Shown one piece after another: positions 1 through 7,729 of a DNA stretch of 40,621 bases (positions within the stretch are counted from its first letter, which is position 1; each line of letters begins with the position of its first letter). The position numbers were made by a program, and so were the translations under genes. Below the pieces are notes generated by a model. The model saw only the letters and a program-made list of their open reading frames with translations. It ran no database searches and was not told the origin of the DNA. The stretch spans positions 1 through 40,621 of the forward strand of contig JALWVW010000325.1 of assembly GCA_027079365.1 (NCBI GenBank). The letters run 5' to 3'. The stretch is from Campylobacteraceae bacterium. GTDB taxonomy: Bacteria; Campylobacterota; Campylobacteria; Campylobacterales; Sulfurovaceae.

Positions 1-859
1 ACACAATCCCATACCCAAGTATCGAAGCGACAAATCGCCTCTCCAGTCCAGCGGAGAGTGCGAGCATAGAAGAGGAGACCATGGGTGCCATTGCTGCCTC
101 AAAAAGTGTGACTTGGGCAGAGAGTCCTCGGAGATCCATCAGCCAAAAGAGTGCAAACAGTACCAGGGGTGTGAGCAGCAGCTTGAGCATCAGTCCGACA
201 CCAAAGGCTGTGAGCTTGTCTCTGTCCAGACGGAGTTTGAGATAGAGTCCGATGGAGAGCAGAGCAGCAGGTGTCAGAGTGGCTGCCAGTATCGAAAGCA
301 GATCCATCAGCCAGCTAGGTACCATGCTACGATCCATGAGCAGTGCTGTAATCAGTGTGACAAAAGCAGGGAAGGTAAAGATGCGATACAGGATGCGGGA
401 GAGTGTTGCCTTTTGACTGCTGTAGAGAGAGAGGGTGAGCAGCCCCATGGTCGAAAGAATTAAAAAGGATCCCAGCTGATCATAAATGACAGCGTAGGGA
501 ATGCCATCCTCACCAAAAAAAGCCTTGGTAAAGGGCACACCCAAAAAAGAGGTGTTTCCATAAGGGGCAACCATCAATAGTGCACCTGTCAATGATCTGC
601 TCCAGCCCAGTATTTTGGAGCACAGTAGTATGATACCCACAGAGAGAGTATAGAGCAACCATGCGCTACCAATAGGCAAAATGAAACGGCTGTCCACCTT
701 CAGATCCACCATATAGACAAAGACCAGTGCAGGCAGAGAGATATAGATGACAAAATGGTTGAATCTTTCTGCCCAACGCTCCTGCGTGCCAGAAGCCAAA
801 AAACGCTGCGCGCCATATCCCCCTAGCAAAAACAGCAGCAGCATCAGTACTGAGCCCAT
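1..859 (-). CDS. AEC (auxin efflux carrier) family membrane transporter; C-terminal part runs off the window
   Basis: My own reverse-strand translation from ATG 859-857 stays open to base 1. It is absent from the ORF track because no stop lies in the window. It reads MGSVLMLLLFLLGGYGAQRF...LLMVAPYGNTSFLGVPFTKAFFGEDGIPYAVIYDQLGSF...GLYLKLRLD..., multi-TM with the AEC-type NTxFxGxP motif. Track ORF 113-463(+) is its antisense shadow. Confidence 0.7.
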   Translation of the reverse strand, partial: MGSVLMLLLFLLGGYGAQRFLASGTQERWAERFNHFVIYISLPALVFVYMVDLKVDSRFILPIGSAWLLYTLSVGIILLCSKILGWSRSLTGALLMVAPYGNTSFLGVPFTKAFFGEDGIPYAVIYDQLGSFLILSTMGLLTLSLYSSQKATLSRILYRIFTFPAFVTLITALLMDRSMVPSWLMDLLSILAATLTPAALLSIGLYLKLRLDRDKLTAFGVGLMLKLLLTPLVLFALFWLMDLRGLSAQVTLFEAAMAPMVSSSMLALSAGLERRFVASILGYGIV

Positions 860-886
860 CTAGACCTCTTTTTTACAAAGTATAGC

Positions 887-892
887 TATAAT
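887..892 (+). promoter_or_regulatory. TATAAT -10 box 6 nt upstream of ATG 899 (possible leaderless transcript)
   Basis: The sequence is tagcTATAATacccttATG with no Shine-Dalgarno between the box and the ATG. A start about 7 nt after the box would fall on the A of the start codon. Confidence 0.3.
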
Positions 893-898
893 ACCCTT

Positions 899-1117
899 AT
901 GGAAAACAGTTTACACTTTACACTAAAGCCAAGTACCATAGAGAACCTTCAGCTCTATGCCAAAATACTGGATAAAGATGTCAGTATTTTGATGGAGGAG
1001 GCATTGGAGGCCTATTTTGCTGAGATACAGAAGCGCTTTATGGAGAAGAGTATTGCAGATGAAAATGCATTGACCAATCTAGACTATGAAGAGTTTTGGG
1101 ACGGGGTGGAGCTCTGA
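899..1117 (+). CDS. small hypothetical protein, possibly ribbon-helix-helix (CopG/Arc-like)
   Basis: 72-aa ORF. The N-terminal LHFTLKPSTIENL (strand) followed by QLYAKILDKDVSILMEEALEAYF (helices) fits an RHH pattern. No family was recognised with certainty. Confidence 0.45.
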   Translation: MENSLHFTLKPSTIENLQLYAKILDKDVSILMEEALEAYFAEIQKRFMEKSIADENALTNLDYEEFWDGVEL

Positions 1118-1184
1118 GCTATTTATGATGATAGGGTATAATTAGTGCAACAATGGTCTCTATTTTGGTTGGGAGTTTTATGTA

Positions 1185-2516
1185 ATGAGAAATATCTGGA
1201 TACCACTCTTTCTTTTGCTGATCTTGACACTGGTGTGTACATGGCAGCATAAAGAGAGTTTCGGTCAGCCACCACACTATGTGATCAGCCAGAAAGCGGG
1301 TAGATGCTATCTGAACGGTGCACTACAGAGTCAGGAAGCAGTAAACAAGCTCAGAAAAGAGTTTGCAGCCCATGGTGTGATCTTGGACACCAAAGGTGTA
1401 GATATCAATGCGCTGCTTGTGCCTAGAGGGAGCTTGGTACTGGTAGGGAAGACTATTCCACTTTTTGTCTCCTCTTGCCACAATGCAAAAATAGAGTATA
1501 GTGAAGAAGTGTTGACATTTTCTGGTAGCGTAGAGAGCGAGGAGCAGAAGAGAGAATTAGAGAGTCTTCTACGGCAGGAGCGCATACCTGTCAAAAACAT
1601 GATAAGTATTGTTGTGCCTCCCGAGATCCATTTTATTATTACCCAGAAAAGAAGACGGCATTATGTGATGGAGGGGTATTTTTCCAGCCCATTACAGCAA
1701 AAAAAACTACAGGCACTGTTCCAGGCAAAAAAGTCTATCTTGCAGGCACGCTTAGAAGAGATAGACCCTCAGCTAAAAGACAGAAAGAATATTCTTGAGA
1801 AGCTGATGCCAATCATTCCATTCTTTATCTTGCGGGTACATGAAGGCACACTGCGCTATCAGGGAGGAGTGCTCTCTATTGAGGGGAAAGTGCTGCATCA
1901 AAAAGAGATAGAACGAGCAGGCAGCTATCTCTCCAAACTTGGTATTGAGACACAAGATAAGCTGACCCTTGACATTAAGGCGATCAAAGGGAGAAAAGCG
2001 AAGAGGAAGGCAAAGAAACTTCTCAAAGCATTGCAAAAACAGCGCGCCAAAAAGGCAGCGGTAAAAAAAGCCCAGCAGGAAGTCTCTGAGGATATTGTAG
2101 CAATGATGGATGCTAAGGAAGGAAAACAGCGGGCTGTCATTAGTGACAACAGTAAAGCTAGAAAAAATCTGAGAACGCTGTTTGAGGGAGAGGTTATCAA
2201 GTTTAATCCTACCCAAACCACGCTTACTCCTCTGGGGTTGGGCACAGTCAGCAAGATCGCAGTGATCCTCAAGACCTATCCCTCTGTTAAGATAGAGATC
2301 GCGGGGCATACAGATTCAGATGGAGATGATGCATTTAATATGCTGCTCTCTCAAGGCAGGGTCAACAATGTCAAGCGAGCATTGATGAGAGAGGGGATTG
2401 CCAAAGAGCGTATCAAGGCTGTAGGCTATGGTGAGACCAGGCCTCTCTTTCCTAACAGCACAAAAGAAAACAAAGAAAAAAACCGCCGTGTCGAAATCAT
2501 TGTGGAAGGAGAATAA
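1185..2516 (+). CDS. OmpA/MotB-family peptidoglycan-associated protein with N-terminal TM anchor and Lys-rich coiled segment
   Basis: The C-terminus IEIAGHTDSDGDDAFNMLLSQGRVNNVKRAL...GYGETRPL...NRRVEIIVEG is a classic OmpA-like domain. The N-terminus IWIPLFLLLILTLVCTW is a TM segment. GGGAG lies 10 nt upstream of the ATG and TATAAT lies at 1137-1142. Confidence 0.85.
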   Translation: MRNIWIPLFLLLILTLVCTWQHKESFGQPPHYVISQKAGRCYLNGALQSQEAVNKLRKEFAAHGVILDTKGVDINALLVPRGSLVLVGKTIPLFVSSCHNAKIEYSEEVLTFSGSVESEEQKRELESLLRQERIPVKNMISIVVPPEIHFIITQKRRRHYVMEGYFSSPLQQKKLQALFQAKKSILQARLEEIDPQLKDRKNILEKLMPIIPFFILRVHEGTLRYQGGVLSIEGKVLHQKEIERAGSYLSKLGIETQDKLTLDIKAIKGRKAKRKAKKLLKALQKQRAKKAAVKKAQQEVSEDIVAMMDAKEGKQRAVISDNSKARKNLRTLFEGEVIKFNPTQTTLTPLGLGTVSKIAVILKTYPSVKIEIAGHTDSDGDDAFNMLLSQGRVNNVKRALMREGIAKERIKAVGYGETRPLFPNSTKENKEKNRRVEIIVEGE

Positions 2517-2517
2517 T

Positions 2518-2664
2518 ATGGGAGCGGTTGTATCGGAGTTGTCTACCTGCCTGATCCTGGCTGCAGTGCTGGGTCTCTGGATAGGATGGATCGTTCGTGA
2601 AAATAGATATGCGAAGAAGCAAAAGAGCAGTCCTACCGAAAGGAATACTGCGGAGTCTACCTGA
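2518..2664 (+). CDS. small single-TM membrane protein (48 aa), hypothetical
   Basis: An internal ATG sits 1 nt after the OmpA-family stop and is preceded by GGAAGGAG. The product is MGAVVSELSTCLILAAVLGLWIGWIVRENRYAKKQK..., one TM helix plus a basic tail. Its 3' end overlaps the convergent RND gene by 8 nt. Confidence 0.4.
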   Translation: MGAVVSELSTCLILAAVLGLWIGWIVRENRYAKKQKSSPTERNTAEST

Positions 2665-5600
2665 CCCGATAGAGTACCGCATACATCAACGGCACATAGA
2701 TGAGGTTAAGCAAGGTTGCCCAGGCCACACCAAAGCCCAGTGCGATCGCCATGGGCTGCACGATGAGTGACTGCCCGCTGGCAAAGAACATGATGGTCAT
2801 CAGGCCCAATACGGTGGTAATGGAGGTCAGAAAGATAGGGCGTAGGCGCATTTGTGCTTTGGCTACTAAGGCTGGATGTTCTTTTTCAGTTTTGATGAAG
2901 TCTAACATAATGAGTCCGTCATTGACCACCACACCTGCCAATCCAATCAGCCCCATGACACCAATAAGCGTGAGATTGAGACCAAAAAGATAGGTGCCAA
3001 TCAGTGCACCAAGGATGGAGAGTGGGATTGTGGAGAGCACGATGAGTGGCAGGACAAAGGAGTTGAACATCCAGACCAGTGAGATGAAGATCAGGAAGAT
3101 AGCGATTGTAGCTGCACGGGTCATCTCTATTTTGACCTGTCTGTTCTCCTTTTCCTCTCCTTTGATGATCACTTTGACGCCCTCTTTTCCTATGCTATCG
3201 AGTGTAGGCCTGATACGCTTCATGACTTCCGTGGCGAGGATGCGTTGCTTGTCAATCGTGGCCACCACTGACCAGACCCGCTCTCCCTCCTCTTTGTAGA
3301 GTTTAAGCATCCGCTTTTTGTAGATGAACTCAGCAATATCACGCAACAATACTGTTTTGCTACCATCAGGTGTTTCGATAGAAAGAGAGCCGATCTGGTA
3401 GTTGTGCTCTTTGCTTGGATCTTCCAGACGGATACGAACCAGTCCTTTGTCATCAAATATCTTTCCGTACTCTGCTTCCAAGAAAAGCCCCCGAAGTGAG
3501 GAGACCAAGCTGGCCTCGGTGAAGCCAAGCGACTGTCCATAGCGGTTAAGTTTGAATTTCAGTTCCAGCGGCCCCTCCTTGGCATTGTCACTGACAAGTG
3601 TCGTGCCGTTGATCTCTTGAAGTACTTTTTTCAGTTTCGCGACAGCGGCAAAAATCTGCACATCATCAGCACCTGTAAATCCAATCTCGATGTCATTCTT
3701 GACAATACCTGTCTGCGGGACATAGGTGTTGATCTCTTGGAAGATTTTTTTGCCTTCCTTGTCGGTCATTTTCTGGAAGCGAGGCAGTACGCGTTGTTCT
3801 AGGGACTTAAGGATATCATGGGAGTCCATGGTGCGGATCATGTCCTCACCGTCATACTCCAGTGAGAGGTAGGGGTTGATATACTTGTCAAAAAAGTTTT
3901 CAGGTTTTCTTTCGTGCAGATTGACAAAGATCTGAAACAGATGCTCTCCGGATTCAAAGGTTTGGTCAGGGTTGAATTTGATCCCAGCGATGGAAGTGAC
4001 CGAGGAGACATCATCATGGTTGATAGATTTGAGAATATCCTGCTCCACAAGAGAGAGGAGTTTTTCGGTCTCTTCGAGTCTATTGTTGACATCGACTTTG
4101 CCACTGATATAGACTTGGCTGGCATCAAAGCGGGGGAAGAGTTCAAATTTGAGTATCTTGAACATACCGACTGTACCCAGTGCAATGCCTACGATGATCA
4201 AAAGCAGTGCAGATTTCTTGAAGTGAAGCAGGCTGCTTAGCACTGTACCATAAAAGGCATTGAATCCATCCCAAAAGGGGCTGGGTTCATGATGGTCAAT
4301 GGTCTTGCCCACGGTGAAGAACTCTTTGGCGTGTAGGGGCAGAAAGTAGAAGGCTTCAAACAATGAGCTGATGAGAAGAATCGAGATCATGACTGGCAAT
4401 ACCTTGACAAACATACCCATTTGCCCGCTCATGATCAGCAGGGGAAGGAAGGCAAAGACAGTAGTTGTCGTGGCAGTCAGGACAGCAGGAAACATCTCGA
4501 CAGCCCCCTCAATGGCAGCCTCTCTGGGTGCTTTACCCATCTCCATATGTCGGTAGATATTTTCTGCTACCACGATAGCTTCGTCCACCAGCATACCCAG
4601 TGCTATCAGAGCGCCTAGCATAGTGAGCATATTCATACTGTATCCCATCACCTCTGCGGAGATTAACGCAATGAAAAAACTGGTGGGGATACCGATCGCT
4701 ACGACAGTGGCAATGCGCCAGTTGACACTCAAAAAAAGTGCCAAAAAGACGAGAAAGAGACCAAACATGATATTGGTAGTGACCAGATTGATACGGTTTT
4801 TGATCCAGACAGAGGTGTCGGTATAGACTTCAAAATGTAGCTTGGGGTAGGCTTTTTTAAATGCAGGGAGCATCTCTCTGATCTGCTTGCTCAGTGCCAG
4901 TGCATTGCCTGCTTTGGTCTTGGTGGTGTTGATGGAGATATTCTGCTGCCCGTTAAAGTGGGAGATCTCCCGCGGTGTACTCAACCCATAGCTGACAGTG
5001 GCGATATCCCCCAGTCGTATTCGCCTGGCTCCAATACTTAGTAGTGTATCTTCTAGTGTCTTGGCATCTTTTGCACCATTGACTGTAGAGAGATAGATGA
5101 GCGCTCCCTGCTGTTTGATGGTGCCTGCAGGGTAGATAGAGCTGAGGGTACTGATGGACTGATAGAAGAGTGCTTTGGGGATATGGTAGGCACGGAGTTT
5201 GGCTTCATTGAGTTTGATGCTGACCTCATCATCGGCATCTCCCCTTATTTCGATGGTGTTGAGGGCTTTGATATTGCCCAGTTTGCTTTTGAGCGTGTCG
5301 GCAGCATCGATGAGTCTGGCTTTGGGCTCATCACCGGAGATAGCGATCAGTAGCAATGGGAAGTTGTAGACGAGAATTTTGGCGATAGGCTCATTCATAT
5401 CTGAAGGTAGATCCCGCTTGATGGCAGCAATGACATCTTTGGTATCTCCTAAAACAAGCTGATTGTCGGCCCCAGACTTGATATCTGCAGTGATCGCAAA
5501 ACTGCCATTTTGGATGACAGTCTCTACATTGCTAAGATTGTTGACACTTTTGAGTCCGTCTTCTATGGATTTGACTGCCATTTTGTCTAGGACATCTGCA

Positions 5601-5770
5601 CTCGCCCCCACATAGCCCCCGCGGATAGAGATTTTGTCTAGTTCGGCAGGAGGGAAGATCTCCTTGGGGATACTTTTGTAGGCAAAAAATGCCATCAGCA
5701 GGAGGAGGACAAAAAAGATGTGGTTCAGTGCCGGTCTGTCAATGGCAAACTTGATAAAGCTTCTAATCAT
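2657..5770 (-). CDS. RND-superfamily efflux permease (AcrB/CzcA-like), about 1037 aa
   Basis: The ORF is 2657-5869. I place the start at ATG 5770 (MIRSFIKFAIDRPALNHIFFVLLLLMAFF...), the typical RND N-terminus. Size and the alternation of TM bundles with large soluble loops fit AcrB-type pumps. No membrane-fusion or outer-membrane partner gene is adjacent. Confidence 0.85.
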   Translation of the reverse strand: MIRSFIKFAIDRPALNHIFFVLLLLMAFFAYKSIPKEIFPPAELDKISIRGGYVGASADVLDKMAVKSIEDGLKSVNNLSNVETVIQNGSFAITADIKSGADNQLVLGDTKDVIAAIKRDLPSDMNEPIAKILVYNFPLLLIAISGDEPKARLIDAADTLKSKLGNIKALNTIEIRGDADDEVSIKLNEAKLRAYHIPKALFYQSISTLSSIYPAGTIKQQGALIYLSTVNGAKDAKTLEDTLLSIGARRIRLGDIATVSYGLSTPREISHFNGQQNISINTTKTKAGNALALSKQIREMLPAFKKAYPKLHFEVYTDTSVWIKNRINLVTTNIMFGLFLVFLALFLSVNWRIATVVAIGIPTSFFIALISAEVMGYSMNMLTMLGALIALGMLVDEAIVVAENIYRHMEMGKAPREAAIEGAVEMFPAVLTATTTTVFAFLPLLIMSGQMGMFVKVLPVMISILLISSLFEAFYFLPLHAKEFFTVGKTIDHHEPSPFWDGFNAFYGTVLSSLLHFKKSALLLIIVGIALGTVGMFKILKFELFPRFDASQVYISGKVDVNNRLEETEKLLSLVEQDILKSINHDDVSSVTSIAGIKFNPDQTFESGEHLFQIFVNLHERKPENFFDKYINPYLSLEYDGEDMIRTMDSHDILKSLEQRVLPRFQKMTDKEGKKIFQEINTYVPQTGIVKNDIEIGFTGADDVQIFAAVAKLKKVLQEINGTTLVSDNAKEGPLELKFKLNRYGQSLGFTEASLVSSLRGLFLEAEYGKIFDDKGLVRIRLEDPSKEHNYQIGSLSIETPDGSKTVLLRDIAEFIYKKRMLKLYKEEGERVWSVVATIDKQRILATEVMKRIRPTLDSIGKEGVKVIIKGEEKENRQVKIEMTRAATIAIFLIFISLVWMFNSFVLPLIVLSTIPLSILGALIGTYLFGLNLTLIGVMGLIGLAGVVVNDGLIMLDFIKTEKEHPALVAKAQMRLRPIFLTSITTVLGLMTIMFFASGQSLIVQPMAIALGFGVAWATLLNLIYVPLMYAVLYRVR

Positions 5771-6059
5771 GAGGTGCCTCCTCTTCGGCGACATCAGTGA
5801 TCTCCTTGTTTTCTTCCATGGAGAAGATGGTGTCCGTGATACGGTTTTTGTATTTAAGCTGCTCAACATTCATCTGCAGGATGCTGTGTTCTTCTTTAAG
5901 GGCAGCCACTTCTGCTTCAACCAGATTGATCTCCTTGCTTTCGTGATAGATCTGATTGCTGAGATAGACCTTCATCAATGCCAAGATCAGAATGATTGCC
6001 ATGGAGAGCATGGCGATCGAGAGGATGCCGAGTGAAATGCCTTTTTCCTTGCGATGCAT
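5763..6059 (-). CDS. FtsL-like cell-division protein (bitopic, coiled coil)
   Basis: 98 aa. A short cytoplasmic N-terminus is followed by a TM (ISLGILSIAMLSMAIILILALM) and a coiled coil (VEAEVAALKEEHSILQMNVEQLKYKN). It lies directly after rsmH, as in dcw clusters. Its ATG overlaps the rsmH stop by 1 nt and its stop overlaps the RND start by 8 nt. Confidence 0.55.
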   Translation of the reverse strand: MHRKEKGISLGILSIAMLSMAIILILALMKVYLSNQIYHESKEINLVEAEVAALKEEHSILQMNVEQLKYKNRITDTIFSMEENKEITDVAEEEAPHD

Positions 6060-6997
6060 CAGCTACTCTCTTTGAAGCGGAATGAGCGAAGTTTTGCACT
6101 GCGGCTTCTGGGATTTTGCAGTAACTCTTCTTTGTTTGCAATGATGGGTTTTTTGGTGAGTATTTTACCTAGTGAATGGTTCTTTCCGCAGGTGCAGCGC
6201 AGTGCATTCGGATCGCAGATACACTGTTGTGCCCAAACTCTGAAGCGGTTTTTGACCAGACGGTCTTCGAGTGAATGAAAGGTGATCAGGGAGACTGTCG
6301 CACCGGAGGGTTTGCGTTCTTCTAGAGCATCCAATAAACCTTCTATCTGCCCTAGCTCGTCATTGACTTCGATGCGAATTGCCTGAAACATCAAGGTGGC
6401 AGGATGAATTTTCCCGCCGGAGTAAAGTACCTTTCTTGCAATGTCACTCAACTTCTTGCCACTCGTGATTGGTGCGTGTGTGCGTGTTTGTATGATTGTC
6501 TCTGCCAGCTTTTCTGCCTGAGAGATCTCTCCATAGTGCCTGAAAATATAGCTCAGTTTCTCTTGGGTATAGCTATTGACGATATCATAGGCGGTTAATG
6601 AGGCTTCCTGATCCATACGCATATCCAGTGTATCGCTTTCGAAGGAGAAGCCTCGCTCCTTTTTGTCCAGTTGCAAAGAAGAGACACCAAAATCAGCCAA
6701 TATGCCAACGATGGGCGTCTCCTTGATTTTCAAAAAAGTCTGGGCAAAACTTCCTTTGTAGAGTGCATATCTGCCAGAGTAGGGCTGTAGCCGTTGCTGT
6801 GAAAAGGAGAGTGCCTCCTTGTCTCTGTCAATACCGACTATACTGAGATGGTCAAAATGTGCCAATAGTGCGCTACTGTGTCCCGCGTATCCCAGCGTAC
6901 AGTCTATGATATGACCAGGGAGAGTGTGTGAAAAACTTTCCAGCACGGCATGCTGCAATACGGGAATATGTGGAGTTTTATCTGTTGTGCCGTTCAA
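6059..6997 (-). CDS. rsmH: 16S rRNA (cytosine1402-N4)-methyltransferase RsmH (MraW)
   Basis: Motifs seen: HIPVLQHAVLE, IIDCTLGYAGHS (SAM pocket), ILADFGVSSLQLD, ITFHSLEDRLVK and NPRSRSAKLR. The listed start codon is TTG. Confidence 0.93.
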   Translation of the reverse strand: MNGTTDKTPHIPVLQHAVLESFSHTLPGHIIDCTLGYAGHSSALLAHFDHLSIVGIDRDKEALSFSQQRLQPYSGRYALYKGSFAQTFLKIKETPIVGILADFGVSSLQLDKKERGFSFESDTLDMRMDQEASLTAYDIVNSYTQEKLSYIFRHYGEISQAEKLAETIIQTRTHAPITSGKKLSDIARKVLYSGGKIHPATLMFQAIRIEVNDELGQIEGLLDALEERKPSGATVSLITFHSLEDRLVKNRFRVWAQQCICDPNALRCTCGKNHSLGKILTKKPIIANKEELLQNPRSRSAKLRSFRFKESS

Positions 6998-7055
6998 TGT
7001 TTACCTTCTACTTGTTTATCTCTTATGGTACTGTCTATAGTGCGTAATATTTATT

Positions 7056-7064
7056 TGGTATAAT
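7056..7064 (+). promoter_or_regulatory. extended -10 promoter element TGgTATAAT for the 7091 gene
   Basis: The sequence atttTGGTATAATaccc lies 27 nt upstream of GTG 7091. AAGGA at 7079-7083 serves as the RBS. Confidence 0.45.
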
Positions 7065-7090
7065 ACCCAAAATAGCCAAAAGGATAATAG

Positions 7091-7666
7091 GTGACCAGTA
7101 AACATCTCGTAGAAGAGATTCAGAGTGTTTCACTTTCAATGTTTCGTAAGAATTTTTTAGGTGTGTATCATGGTTCGATGTCTGCACGCACCTCTTCGAA
7201 TACATTTCTCATCAATAAGAAAGAGGCCATTTTTGATGAGATAGATGAAGATGCATTGATACATCTGGATATTCTCAAGCGGGATTACCGCTGGCATATC
7301 TCGAGTATGGACAGCGCCATACATGAGCAGATATACCAAGAGATGTCCCAAGCCAAGTATATCAGCTATACCATGCCACCCTATGCCACAGCATACTCCC
7401 TGAGTCATGCCAAGCTCTCACCCAAAGACTACTTTGGAGATCTTAACATTGGTGAGATGATCATCTATGATCCTGGTGCATTTCATGACTGGTATGACAG
7501 AGCTCCTTATGAGATAAGCAGCTTTTTTAAAGGGAGCCGATGCCAGATGATGCTAATCAGGGGGTATGGGCTGTTTACCTATGACCGGGACATGATAGAG
7601 ATGGCAAAAAAGATCGCATTATTGGAGAACAGTGCCAGACTTTTGATGCTGAATAGTTCTGCCTAA
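7091..7666 (+). CDS. class II aldolase/adducin-like domain protein (tentative)
   Basis: 191 aa with a GTG start. YHGSMSARTSSNTFLINKK and MMLIRGYGLFTYDRDMIEMAKKIALLE resemble the GNxSxR...HG...G...A..lE pattern of class II aldolase/adducin N-terminal domains. The call rests on motifs only. Confidence 0.5.
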   Translation: MTSKHLVEEIQSVSLSMFRKNFLGVYHGSMSARTSSNTFLINKKEAIFDEIDEDALIHLDILKRDYRWHISSMDSAIHEQIYQEMSQAKYISYTMPPYATAYSLSHAKLSPKDYFGDLNIGEMIIYDPGAFHDWYDRAPYEISSFFKGSRCQMMLIRGYGLFTYDRDMIEMAKKIALLENSARLLMLNSSA

Positions 7667-7729
7667 CTTTCAGACTATAGTGCTATCATTAGAGAGATTT
7701 TTTATTCAGTATGTATATGCGGAGTGTAA

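Noticed and set aside
113-463. Track ORF of 116 aa on the plus strand
   Set aside because: It lies antisense inside the AEC transporter reading frame, which is open from 859 to base 1. Its Q/E/C-rich composition looks non-protein-like and it has no RBS.
1773-2309. 178-aa and 115-aa minus-strand ORFs within the OmpA-family gene; similar antisense ORFs at 7706-8176, 11912-12391, 16017-16439 and 34122-34562
   Set aside because: All are nested antisense to genes with strong family motifs. None has a motif, an RBS or sensible composition.
5771-5869. N-terminal extensions offered by the ORF track (also 13660-13704, 23534-23581, 30497-30613, 31353-31385, 33435-33440 and 36534-36578)
   Set aside because: The internal ATG starts are preceded by good Shine-Dalgarno sequences and give canonical N-termini (RND MIRSFIKF, receiver MKLLIVEDD and MLEILKDNTILYVEDE, signal peptides). 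The extensions overlap upstream genes or lack an RBS.
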